From: Candidatus Binatia bacterium
GTDB lineage: Bacteria > Vulcanimicrobiota > Vulcanimicrobiia > Vulcanimicrobiales > Vulcanimicrobiaceae
Length of the DNA: 64,000 bases
NCBI GenBank assembly: GCA_035604635.1
Contig: DATNIC010000003.1
Span: forward strand, 22,028-86,027
Direction: 5' to 3'
The notes under the pieces were generated by a model. It saw only the letters and a list, made by a program, of their open reading frames with translations, was not told where the DNA came from and ran no database searches. Below are positions 47,115 to 55,992 of this stretch, one piece after another. Numbering within the stretch: position 1 is the first letter of the stretch; every line of letters starts with the position of its first letter. Position numbers and translations under genes: made by a program.

Positions 47115-48668
47115 GAGGATGTCGATCCACACTTCGAACGTTCGGTTCCACGGCAAGGTCGGGAGAATCGCAGCGCGGCGCAGCGCGATCCCGGTTTGAT
47201 CGAGGAGCGAAAAGCCTAACGGTTCGAGGCGCGAACGGACGTCTTCGTTGGCGAAGCGCGCCGCGTCGGGGAGCAAGAAGCTGTGATCGTCGACTCCTCT
47301 TGCCGACAGATCTGCATTGACGGCGCCGCGAACGAAGAGACGATAGCCGTAATCGTCGATGTACCGGTCGAGGAGAAACCTGCGGTGCGCGGCCGCGTCG
47401 TAGGTTTGCAGGCGCCGGCCGGCGCCCGCGGCGATCGCGGCCGGGACGGCGGTACCGAGCGAATTCGCCGCGGTGTTCCAAGAGGCGAAGGAGTCGATAG
47501 AGCCGGCGATTTTGCGTGCGATCAGCGCTTGGACGAGCGCCTTCTGCTCATCGTCTGAACCGCCCAGAAACGTCAAGTCGGCGACGGCGACGGAGTGGTT
47601 TGCGGCGACGTCCTGGGCGATTGCGTCGACGAAGGCCGCTTCGTCCGCATCGCTCGTCCGGGTGACGCGGACGAAGAGGTCGATGTCCGCGTTGCTCGCG
47701 ACGCGGCGCGCACCCGACGAAGCGATCACGCTATTGACCGTTTGATCGATCGGGCTGATCTCGAGCGGGTCCTGCACGCTGCCGCCGTCGGCGCGCGAGT
47801 AGCGCACGCTCACGGTCGGCGCCCAGTGCGCGTGTTGCGCGAGCGCCGCCGCGACCAAGACCATCCCGAGTTCGTCGGTCCCCGATTCGATCGTCGCAAG
47901 CGACCCCGCGCCGTAGCGTTGGACCGCATCGCGCAACTCGGCGATGTCCCGCAGGTGCAGTCCAACCGTGCCCGCATCGTCTTGGCCCAGGATGACGCGA
48001 TCGAGCACGCGCGTCGTTCCGGCCAAGCCCAAAACGTAGGCGTCGATCGCACGATTGCGCGCCCGTGTCGCCAGATAGGCTTGCAGCAGCGGCTCGCCGA
48101 TCTGGGCGCGCAACTCCGCGGCGCGCGCGCGCTGTTCGTCGGTCTGCGGCGGATCGGGGAGCCGGGCATACTCCGCGATCGACTCGCTGACGGGACCAGC
48201 AGCGAAGAAATCGGCTGCCGCTCCGATCTTTGCCACCCCGGTCGGCGCGAGTCGCATCACGGTCCCAAATGCGAAGACCGATGCGTCTTGCCGCTGGACC
48301 CGGAGGTTGACGAAACGATCGAGGCGTGTTTGCGCCGTCAAGTCGCCGGTCCCAGGCGTCCGCGATGCGATCAGTCCGCCGTACGCGAGCATGTCGGTCG
48401 AGAGCACGTACGCGAACGCATCACGCGTTCGTGGTGAGAGCAGCCAGCTCCAGATTCCCTCCGTGTCGCCGGCCGTCAGAAATCGCCCGAGTGTCGACCG
48501 CGGCGGGGTCAACACGTCGACGCCTGCGATCGAGCCGAGCATCTGCGGCAATTGATACGTGACCGGTCGGTCGTCAATCGGGACGTACGCGATCGCGTAC
48601 TGGTTAACAGCGAGCGCCGGCGCCGACAGGTACGACAGCATGAGGATGGCGAGAGCGGCGACTTTCAC
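47100..48668 (-). CDS. Secreted DUF4127-like protein
   Basis: C-terminal 522 codons of ORF 47100..48863, from GTG 48668 (VKVAALAILMLSYLSAPALA signal peptide; AAGGG ~8 nt upstream). Motifs YVPIDDRPVTYQLP and SWNTAANSLGT recall DUF4127. Confidence 0.5.
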   Translation of the reverse strand: MKVAALAILMLSYLSAPALAVNQYAIAYVPIDDRPVTYQLPQMLGSIAGVDVLTPPRSTLGRFLTAGDTEGIWSWLLSPRTRDAFAYVLSTDMLAYGGLIASRTPGTGDLTAQTRLDRFVNLRVQRQDASVFAFGTVMRLAPTGVAKIGAAADFFAAGPVSESIAEYARLPDPPQTDEQRARAAELRAQIGEPLLQAYLATRARNRAIDAYVLGLAGTTRVLDRVILGQDDAGTVGLHLRDIAELRDAVQRYGAGSLATIESGTDELGMVLVAAALAQHAHWAPTVSVRYSRADGGSVQDPLEISPIDQTVNSVIASSGARRVASNADIDLFVRVTRTSDADEAAFVDAIAQDVAANHSVAVADLTFLGGSDDEQKALVQALIARKIAGSIDSFASWNTAANSLGTAVPAAIAAGAGRRLQTYDAAAHRRFLLDRYIDDYGYRLFVRGAVNADLSARGVDDHSFLLPDAARFANEDVRSRLEPLGFSLLDQTGIALRRAAILPTLPWNRTFEVWIDILSYPR

Positions 48669-48720
48669 TACGCGCCCTTCGCGAAATGGTCTTGCCGTAC
48701 TTTCGGCGTAGCGCGCTACG

Positions 48721-49554
48721 GTGAGGCGATTTGTCGCGATTGCGATCGTCATCGTCGTCGGTGCCCTCTCGCTGATCCAGCTGGGCTCGGATGGGCTCCT
48801 GGGTCCCGCCGCCGTCGCCGGTTCGCTCCCGCGCAACATCCCGCGCGAGGCAGGCGTGCGCATCTACGATGCGCTCGCGAGCGTTTCGTTCTTGACGTTC
48901 GCACGCCGCGCGGCCGCAGCGGCAGCGATCGAAGACCGCGCCTTCGCGCGAGCACAAACCTTGATAGACGCCTTACCGCCTGGTGCGGATCGCGACGATC
49001 TGCAAGGGCAGCTCTACGAATCCCTCGGTGACCACGCACGCGCGGTCGAGCGCTACGTCGCTGCAGGCGATCTCGTCCGTGTCAGTGAGGCTGTCGATAT
49101 CCTCGACCGCAATGGGCATGCCGTGGCGGCGCTCGCGACGCAGCGCCAGCTCGTCGCCGAGCTCGAAGCGTTGCGCGACGCCGACAGCTTGGCGCACGCG
49201 TACTGGCGCCTGGCCGAGCTCGAGTCAGAGACGGGCGACCATCGCGCGTCGCTCGTCGAGTACCACCGCGCCCTCGTCCTCGAGCCGCTTTCGGAGACCT
49301 ATCTGCTCGGCGCCGCAAACGAAGCGATGGGGCACGGCGATCTCCCGTTCGCGCGCGCGTCGTTTGAGCGCGTCGTCATGCTCGATCCGGGGAGTGCGGA
49401 CGGGCATATCGGCGTCGGCCGGGTCGCGCTGCGCAGCGGCGACATCGCGCAAGCGCGCCGGCAAGTCGCGATCGTACGCCGGTTCGCGCCCGACCATCCG
49501 GATCTGCACCGGCTCGAAAGCGAGATCGCGAGCGCAACGGGCCGCGCGCGGTGA
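48721..49554 (+). CDS. Membrane-anchored TPR-repeat protein
   Basis: ORF 277 aa. N-terminal TM (FVAIAIVIVVGALSLI); TPR-like helical repeats (AHAYWRLAELESETGDHRASLVEYHRALVLEP...FARASFERVVMLDP...). Confidence 0.6.
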   Translation: MRRFVAIAIVIVVGALSLIQLGSDGLLGPAAVAGSLPRNIPREAGVRIYDALASVSFLTFARRAAAAAAIEDRAFARAQTLIDALPPGADRDDLQGQLYESLGDHARAVERYVAAGDLVRVSEAVDILDRNGHAVAALATQRQLVAELEALRDADSLAHAYWRLAELESETGDHRASLVEYHRALVLEPLSETYLLGAANEAMGHGDLPFARASFERVVMLDPGSADGHIGVGRVALRSGDIAQARRQVAIVRRFAPDHPDLHRLESEIASATGRAR

Positions 49555-50582
49555 AAGTCGCGCTCGACGCACAGCTCGCCGTCGGGACCGCGACCGGGAT
49601 CGGTGAATACGTGCGAGGCTTGGGACCGGCCCTGCGCGCATGCGGTATCGACGTCGAGATGTTGCAGTTGCCGTTCCTGGACCCGTGGCGTTTCGACCGG
49701 CGCGTCGTGTGGGATCAAATGCTGCTCCCGTTTGCGGCTGCGCGCGCGCGCCCGGATCTGTTGCACTGCGCGTCGGGCACGATGCCGTTCCTCCCGGCCG
49801 GCGCGCCGATCGTCGTTACCGTTCACGACGTCGCTTGGCAGCGCGTTCAGCAGCACACGCGCAGCTACGCGCGCCTGTATTTCGGCGATCTGATGGCGCG
49901 CCGTTCTCGGTCTGCGCGCGCCATCGTCACCGATTCGATCTTCTCGCGTGGCGAGCTGATCGAATTCGTCGGCGTCGATCCATCACGCGTCTTTGTTGCG
50001 TATCTGGGGGTCGATCCGAGTTTTGCGGCGGTCGTCCGCCGGCCGGACCGCGTGAATCCGACGATCCTTGCGGTCGGGACGGTCGAACGGCGCAAGGCGC
50101 TCGGCATGGCGATCGAGGCGCTCGCCGGGCTGCCCGGTGCGCGGCTCGTCAGCGTCGGCCCGACGACTGCGTACGAGCAAGAGTGCCGCGAGCGCGCCCG
50201 GAGGTTCGGAGTCAGCGACCGGGTCGATTTTCGCGGATACGTCTCGCGCGACGAGCTGCTTGCGCTCTACGCAACGACGACGCTCGCGATCGCGCCGTCG
50301 CTCTATGAAGGCTTCGGCTACGCGGCCGCGCAGGCGCTGTGCGCGGGAGTCCCGCTGCTCGCCTCGGATGCCGCTTCGCACCCGGAGATCGTTGCGAACG
50401 CCGTACCACTCGTGCCGAGCGGCGACGTCGCCGCCTGGCGCGACGCGATTGCAGCGCTCCTCGATGACATCGACGCCGCCGAAATGCGGGCCGCATCGGT
50501 CCGCACGGCCGCCGTCGCGCGCTTCACGTGGGAAGCGTGCGCCCGCGCGACGATCCCGGCTTACATGCTCGCCTTACGGTAA
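49551..50582 (+). CDS. Glycosyltransferase family 4 (GT-B)
   Basis: ORF 343 aa; GTGA overlap with the upstream stop. Motifs TGIGEYVRGL, LHCASG and E..G....EA (SLYEGFGYAAAQALCAGVPLLASD). Confidence 0.8.
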   Translation: MKVALDAQLAVGTATGIGEYVRGLGPALRACGIDVEMLQLPFLDPWRFDRRVVWDQMLLPFAAARARPDLLHCASGTMPFLPAGAPIVVTVHDVAWQRVQQHTRSYARLYFGDLMARRSRSARAIVTDSIFSRGELIEFVGVDPSRVFVAYLGVDPSFAAVVRRPDRVNPTILAVGTVERRKALGMAIEALAGLPGARLVSVGPTTAYEQECRERARRFGVSDRVDFRGYVSRDELLALYATTTLAIAPSLYEGFGYAAAQALCAGVPLLASDAASHPEIVANAVPLVPSGDVAAWRDAIAALLDDIDAAEMRAASVRTAAVARFTWEACARATIPAYMLALR

Positions 50583-50583
50583 C

Positions 50584-50694
50584 GTTGTTGAGCGCGCCCT
50601 CGGGGAATCGAACGAATGAGCAGGATGACGAGCGCGCGTGAGGTTGGGGGCCCCACGCGAAGCGTGGGGGGCGCGGAGCCTGGGGCGGAGCGCC
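50584..50694 (+). repeat. Structured GC-rich intergenic repeat, copy D (between convergent genes; no downstream + strand gene)
   Basis: GTTGTTGAGCGCGCCCTCGGGGAATCG...GGGGGCCCCACGCGAAGCGTGGGGGGCGCGGAGCCTGGGGCGGAGCGCC, then TTTTAATAAA. Confidence 0.9.
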
Positions 50695-50696
50695 TT

Positions 50697-52463
50697 TTAA
50701 TAAATAGGCGAGTTGGGTGCGCCGGGCGGCGTGCTCCCATCGTCGGGGCCGATGACGAGATTGAGCGGATACGATGAGCCGCCTTCGGGCATCGTCGTGA
50801 TTTGGACGCGCACGAAACCGTTCGCGGGGACCGTATATTGCCGCAGCATGTAGTGACCGTACGGGTTCACCGCGTGCGACTGCACGAGGACGCGGTCGAT
50901 CAAGTACGTCCCGGTCGCGCGGCCGCCGCGCGGATTCTCATAGATGGCGATCGGGACGGGATGGCCGTAGCGGTTAACGATCGTCACCGTGATCGACTGC
51001 ATCACGCCGTAGTCGCCGGCAAGCGCCTCGCCCTCAAGCATGTTCGGAAGCTTGAGCGAGCCGATTTGGATCTCGAGCGGATCCTGGCTCGTGTCGTAGG
51101 TGTAATCGAAGAAGAACTCGGGAACCGGATAGATCCCGCGCGCGTGCTTCACCTCACTGCTTAAGAGCGCAGCGCTCTGCGAGACGGCCGTGTCGAGCGG
51201 ATCGTTCGCGTCCTGCGCGATCAAGGATAAGTGCAGCGTATTGCCGGTCATCTCGCGCAGCTGCAGAATCGCGCTCGAGATCGAACCGGCCGGGAGCGGA
51301 TGATTCACTAGATTGATCGTCGAGTTCGGCGGGATCGTCACGACCGTCCCTTCGTTCTGCAATTCACGGACCAGGAAGCGACGTGTCGAGAGGTGTCCGA
51401 CCTCCATCTCGTTTTCTTCCGGTCCGGCGGAACCGGTGATGAATTGCACGACCGCGGCTTGGGGTGAAGGGTTCTCGACCTTGAGCAAGATCCGCCGATT
51501 CGGCTGTCCGCGCGGATTGTAGTGGTAGTAAAGGAAGCGCTGTGCCATGTCGCGGCCCAGATCGGCGGCGAACAGCAGCCCGTTCTCGCGCAAGGTCTCG
51601 GGGAAGTCGCTGACCAGCAATTGCGACGGCGAGATACGGGGGAGCGCGAAGTTCTCGATCGAGACGTGCGTCGTCCCCTGGACGGTAATGTAGTCCGGTC
51701 CCTGTATCGAGACGGGAACGTCGACGCTGCGGAGGTTGTCTTGCCCGAGGTCGGTTCGAACGTTGATCGCTTGGGAATTGATCACGACGTTCGCGCCGGG
51801 GCGGGGCCGCGCCGCAGAGCTGACCGCGTCGGCGACGACCGACCGCACGAACGCTGCGGTCGCCGGATTCCCCGTGAGCCGCACGGAGGCAGAGGGTGCG
51901 ATCGAGCCCGCGAGCAGGGCCACGCGCATCCCGACCTCGGCACTGACGCCGCGGTCGTCGGTGACGTGGATCGTCGTGACGCCTAGATTCTTCCCGGAGA
52001 CGACGATCGTCCGCGCGACCTGATCGATCCGCACATCCACGACGTTGGCATCGATCGGGACGGCGGTGATGGTCCCTACCGCCCGATCGACGCGCAAAGT
52101 GATCGTCGTCCCGAGCACGATCGACGCGTTGTTCGGGGTGACGAAGATCGGCGGCGGGGCCGGCGTTGCGGACGGTCCCGTCCCCGGGACGCACGGGACC
52201 GGCGTTGAGAACGGCCCGGGGGTTCCAATCGGGACAAGCGTCGGACAGGGCGACGGCGTCTCACCGGTCTCGGCTCCGGGAGCCGGTGCGGCGGCGCTGG
52301 ATTCCGGAGCCGGGAGCGGGGGCGCGGGGACGGGGGCATTGATCGCGCCGGGTGGCGGCGTGACCGATGCGTTGACGGGGACGGGCTGCGCGTCGAGCGC
52401 ACGCGTCCAAACCAATATGCATGCAAGGATAGCGCACGTAGCCAGACCCGTGCGCAAAGTCAC
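50697..52463 (-). CDS. Secreted protein of unknown function (Pro-rich linker, pilus-N/BON-like beta domain, large uncharacterised C-terminal domain)
   Basis: ORF 588 aa starting at GTG. Signal peptide MTLRTGLATCAILACILVWTRALDA. Pro-rich segment of about 90 aa. IVLGTTITLRVDRAVGTITAVPIDANVVDVRIDQVARTIVVSGKNLGVTTIHVTDDRG resembles the pilus-formation N-terminal fold. I do not recognise the remaining ~380 aa. Confidence 0.6.
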   Translation of the reverse strand: MTLRTGLATCAILACILVWTRALDAQPVPVNASVTPPPGAINAPVPAPPLPAPESSAAAPAPGAETGETPSPCPTLVPIGTPGPFSTPVPCVPGTGPSATPAPPPIFVTPNNASIVLGTTITLRVDRAVGTITAVPIDANVVDVRIDQVARTIVVSGKNLGVTTIHVTDDRGVSAEVGMRVALLAGSIAPSASVRLTGNPATAAFVRSVVADAVSSAARPRPGANVVINSQAINVRTDLGQDNLRSVDVPVSIQGPDYITVQGTTHVSIENFALPRISPSQLLVSDFPETLRENGLLFAADLGRDMAQRFLYYHYNPRGQPNRRILLKVENPSPQAAVVQFITGSAGPEENEMEVGHLSTRRFLVRELQNEGTVVTIPPNSTINLVNHPLPAGSISSAILQLREMTGNTLHLSLIAQDANDPLDTAVSQSAALLSSEVKHARGIYPVPEFFFDYTYDTSQDPLEIQIGSLKLPNMLEGEALAGDYGVMQSITVTIVNRYGHPVPIAIYENPRGGRATGTYLIDRVLVQSHAVNPYGHYMLRQYTVPANGFVRVQITTMPEGGSSYPLNLVIGPDDGSTPPGAPNSPIY

Positions 52464-52483
52464 AATAGCCAGGGCGAACCCTT

Positions 52484-54157
52484 CTACGCGATTTTAGCTT
52501 CTCTGCTGACGGCGGTCGCCAGGAGCGTCTTGTATCCGACTCCCGGAAACAAGACCGTTACCAAATCTTTCTCGGCTCGTTCGACCGTGCCTTGTCCGAA
52601 CTTCGGGTGATGGACGACGTCCGCGATGCGGAAACCGCTCGTCCCGACAATCTGGTTTCCTTGCAGGCAGTTGTCGCATGCGTCGCAGTCCTGCTCTTCA
52701 TAATCCTCGCCGAAGTAGTTGAGGATGAACTTGCGCCGGCAAGAGGCAGTCTCCGCGTACTGCAACATCATCGCGAGCTTGCTCTGATCGTACGTTTTCT
52801 TGGTCTCGTAGTTGTGCAGGTTCAGAACGAGCTCCGGATTCTTCTTGGCCTGCACGGAGAGCTTATATTTCGCCCGCGTCGAGGCGATGATGAAGCCGGC
52901 CTTCTTGAGCAATGCCAGGATGACTTTGAGCTTCGTGAGCGGGAGCTGCGAGATCCGCCGCAGGTCGGTGAGCGAAACCCCGTCTTCCTGCGCGCCGAAG
53001 AAGTCGAGTGTCGCGAAGACCTTCTGGACTTCTTCGAGGGCCGGATACTTGCCGGTAAGGAAGTAGTTCTGCACGCGCGTGTCGCTCATCCGGTAGAGCA
53101 GGATGCACCGCGAGAGATCGCCGTCGCGACCGGCGCGACCCGCTTCCTGCGTGTAGGCTTCGATCGACCCCGGCAGATCGTAGTGCACGACGAAGCGTAT
53201 GTTGGGCTTGTCGATTCCTAGGCCGAACGCGTTCGTCGCGACGACCGCCCGAATCTCTTCGTTCATGAAGAGGTTGTGCACCGCGACGCGCTCGCGTTTT
53301 TGCAGTTTCGAGTGGTATACGGCTGCCGGCACGTCGAGCGACTGCGTGAGATACTCGCTTACCTCCAGCGCGTTCTTGATCGTCGCCGTGTAGATGATCC
53401 CGGTCCCTTCGAGCTCGCCGCTGCGGAAGAGCTCGCGTAGGATCCGCAGCTTCGCTTGCTCGTTTTCTGCGCGGAGCACTTCGTACTGCAAGTTCGGGCG
53501 ATCGAATCCTTTGACGATCGGCTTCACGTGCGGGATCCCGAGCTGCTGCAGAATATCCTCGCGCACGGCCGGCGTCGCCGTTGCCGTGAGTGCCAGGACG
53601 GTCGGGTGGCCCAGGGCTGCAATCACGTGGCCCAGGCCGAGATATGCGGGCCGAAAATCGTGGCCCCACTGACTGATGCAGTGCGCCTCGTCGATGACGA
53701 AGAGCGGGACCTTGATCTCGCGCAAGATGTTCACGAAGATCTCGTCTTCGAGCTTTTCGGGAGTGACGAAGACGATCTTCACCGACCGGCTGCGAATGCG
53801 CGAGATCTCCCAGGCTTCTTGATCTTCTGAAAGCGTCGAGTTCAGCGCGACGATCTCGTGCACGCCGAGCTGATGCAGCATGTCGATCTGATCTTTCATC
53901 AACGCGATCAGCGGACTGACGACGACCGTGGTCCCGTCCAGGAGCAGCGCGGGAAGCTGATAACACAGCGATTTTCCGGCGCCGGTCGCGAGGATCGCCA
54001 AGGTGTCGTTCCCGGACAGAACGCGCGCCACCACCTCCTCCTGTCCTGGATGAAAGCGTTCGAATCCGAATTGTTCGTGCAGAGCGACGCGCAAATTCAC
54101 GAAGTCACCTTGGCTTGACCGGCAACGCCGACGGTCTAAGGCCGCCGTTGCAAACAC
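52484..54157 (-). CDS. recQ: RecQ-family ATP-dependent DNA helicase
   Basis: ORF 557 aa; alternative GTG start at 54100. Motifs FHPGQEEVV, ATGAGKSLCYQLPAL, DEAHCISQWGHDFRPAY, and the Zn-binding CRRK...CDACDNC. Small C-terminal beta domain (HPKFGQGTV). Confidence 0.9.
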   Translation of the reverse strand: MFATAALDRRRCRSSQGDFVNLRVALHEQFGFERFHPGQEEVVARVLSGNDTLAILATGAGKSLCYQLPALLLDGTTVVVSPLIALMKDQIDMLHQLGVHEIVALNSTLSEDQEAWEISRIRSRSVKIVFVTPEKLEDEIFVNILREIKVPLFVIDEAHCISQWGHDFRPAYLGLGHVIAALGHPTVLALTATATPAVREDILQQLGIPHVKPIVKGFDRPNLQYEVLRAENEQAKLRILRELFRSGELEGTGIIYTATIKNALEVSEYLTQSLDVPAAVYHSKLQKRERVAVHNLFMNEEIRAVVATNAFGLGIDKPNIRFVVHYDLPGSIEAYTQEAGRAGRDGDLSRCILLYRMSDTRVQNYFLTGKYPALEEVQKVFATLDFFGAQEDGVSLTDLRRISQLPLTKLKVILALLKKAGFIIASTRAKYKLSVQAKKNPELVLNLHNYETKKTYDQSKLAMMLQYAETASCRRKFILNYFGEDYEEQDCDACDNCLQGNQIVGTSGFRIADVVHHPKFGQGTVERAEKDLVTVLFPGVGYKTLLATAVSREAKIA

Positions 54158-54196
54158 GGCGATCTTCCTAAACCGCTGGGTTGAAAAACAGTTACC

Positions 54197-54230
54197 CGCG
54201 CGGCCCGGGCGTTAAACCGCGCGATTTTTT
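54197..54230 (+). terminator. Intrinsic-terminator-like hairpin in the divergent recQ/dnaX spacer
   Basis: CGCGCGG-[13-nt loop CCCGGGCGTTAAA]-CCGCGCG followed by ATTTTTTC. On the other strand the hairpin is followed by GTAACTGTTTTTC. Confidence 0.4.
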
Positions 54231-54294
54231 CGGGCTTCGAGCGAGCGCGCTGGACCCCCCAGGAATACGCGGGGTGGGACCTAAGTTGGGACCC

Positions 54295-55863
54295 GTGTCA
54301 CTCTACCGCACCTGGCGGCCCAGGACGTTCGCCGATCTCGTGGGCCAGGATGCCGTAGTTCGAACGTTGACCACCGCGCTCGAAACGGGAAAGCTTGCGC
54401 ACGCCTACCTGTTTTCGGGCCCGCGCGGTTCGGGGAAGACGTCAGCCGCCAAGATCTTGGCGCGCTGCGTCAATTGCGTCAGCGGTCCGACGGCGCATCC
54501 GGACAACACGTGTGAGGCGTGCCAGGCGATCTTAGCCGGGACGGCGCTGGACGTCCTCGAGATCGACGCAGCCAGCAATCGCGGGATCGACGAGATTCGC
54601 GCGCTGCGCGAGGCGGTCAAATTTGCCCCGGCGACGATGCGCTACAAAGTCTACATCGTCGACGAGGCGCACATGCTGACCCGCGAAGGCGCGAATGCAT
54701 TCTTGAAAACGCTCGAAGAACCGCCGCCGCACGCGATCTTCATCCTCGCGACGACGGCCCCCGAGTCGCTCCCGCCGACGATCCTATCACGCTGCCAGCG
54801 ATATCAGTTCCGGCGCATCGCGATACCGGTCATGATCGAGCGCATGCGCTCGATCGCGCAGAGCGAGAAGATCGCGATCGACGAGGGAGCGCTCGCCGCC
54901 ATCGCTTACCGGGCTGACGGCGGCCTGCGCGACGCGTTGACGATGCTCGAGCAAGTCGCCGCATTTGCTTCGGGTGCGCCGATCGACGCGGCCACCGTCG
55001 ACGCGGCGTTTGGGACGACCGGGCACGAGCACGCCCGCGCGTTGATGCGCGCGATGCTCGCGGGCGATGCCGCGGGATCCTTACGCATAATCGACGAGGC
55101 AAGTGACGGCGGCGCGGACATGGTCGGACTGACGCGCAATCTCATCGCGGAATATCGTCACTTGCTCGTTGCGCGCGTCAATCCCGAATTGCTCGATCGC
55201 GACCTTTCCGAAGACCACGCGGCGGCTGCGCGCCAGTTGGGCGAAGCGACCCCGCAGATCAAGATCATTCGAGCCTTGCGCCTCTTGAGCGAAGCGCTCA
55301 GCTCGGCGCGCGCGACGGGCAGCCCGCGACTCGAACTCGAGGCCGCGATTCTACGCCTGGTCTTGCAGGCCGAGGACCCGACGCTCGATGCGCTCGCCGC
55401 GCGCGTTACTTTGTTGGAGGGCGGCGCTCCGGCACCCGCGGCGCCGGCTCCAAGAGCGGTTCAGGCGGCGCCGAAGGCGGCAGCCGCGAAGGCGCCGGCC
55501 GCGAAGGGCGCACCCGCCGAACCCGCTGCACCGTCCGGCCCGCTCACGCCGCAAAAAGTCCGCTCGCTCTGGCAGAACATCCGGACCCGGGTCGAGGGCG
55601 AGAAGATCTCGCTCTCGGGGATCCTAGCGCGGACGATGATCGACTTTGCCGGCGATACCCTGACCCTGCGCGTAACCGAGGCCGCAAGTGCCGACCTCCT
55701 GCGCGCCGACCTGGCGACGATCCAGGACGCGGTCGCCGAGGTGCTCGGAGTCCCCCTCAAAGTCGTCGTCCGTCTCGACGGCGCCGCCCGGACCCCCGCC
55801 CCCGCAGTCGAAGAGGATGACGAAGGCGATCTGATGGGCTATGCGCTCAAGAAGATGAGGTAA
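54295..55863 (+). CDS. dnaX: DNA polymerase III subunits gamma/tau
   Basis: ORF 54181..55863; start placed at GTG 54295 (VSLYRTWRPRTFADLVGQ). Walker A GPRGSGKTS, Zn module CVNC...C..C, DEAHML, SRCQRY. Confidence 0.92.
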   Translation: MSLYRTWRPRTFADLVGQDAVVRTLTTALETGKLAHAYLFSGPRGSGKTSAAKILARCVNCVSGPTAHPDNTCEACQAILAGTALDVLEIDAASNRGIDEIRALREAVKFAPATMRYKVYIVDEAHMLTREGANAFLKTLEEPPPHAIFILATTAPESLPPTILSRCQRYQFRRIAIPVMIERMRSIAQSEKIAIDEGALAAIAYRADGGLRDALTMLEQVAAFASGAPIDAATVDAAFGTTGHEHARALMRAMLAGDAAGSLRIIDEASDGGADMVGLTRNLIAEYRHLLVARVNPELLDRDLSEDHAAAARQLGEATPQIKIIRALRLLSEALSSARATGSPRLELEAAILRLVLQAEDPTLDALAARVTLLEGGAPAPAAPAPRAVQAAPKAAAAKAPAAKGAPAEPAAPSGPLTPQKVRSLWQNIRTRVEGEKISLSGILARTMIDFAGDTLTLRVTEAASADLLRADLATIQDAVAEVLGVPLKVVVRLDGAARTPAPAVEEDDEGDLMGYALKKMR

Positions 55864-55873
55864 AGGAGCACCT

Positions 55874-55986
55874 ATGTTGTTACGAGCCCCCTCGGGGCAT
55901 GTCTACCTCATCGAAACGATGAGGGGCTCGCAGGTTTGGGGGCCCCACGCAAAGCGTGGGGGGCGCGGAGCCTGGGGCGGAGCGCC
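55874..55986 (+). repeat. Structured GC-rich intergenic repeat, copy E (between dnaX and ybaB)
   Basis: ATGTTGTTACGAGCCCCCTCGGGGCATG...GAGGGGCTCG...GGGGGCCCCACGCAAAGCGTGGGGGGCGCGGAGCCTGGGGCGGAGCGCC, then GTCAGA-ATG (ybaB). Preceded by AGGAGCACCT. Confidence 0.9.
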
Positions 55987-55992
55987 GTCAGA

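Noticed and set aside
54100-54294. SRP (4.5S/scRNA) gene upstream of dnaX, as in Bacillus-type genomes
   Set aside because: No GGAAGCAGCC-type domain IV motif or matching helix was found. The spacer is also short.
55540-55560. Programmed frameshift or slippage site in dnaX (GCAAAAAGT)
   Set aside because: There are only five A residues and no A-AAA-AAG heptamer or downstream stem-loop, and the position is late in tau. Not supported.
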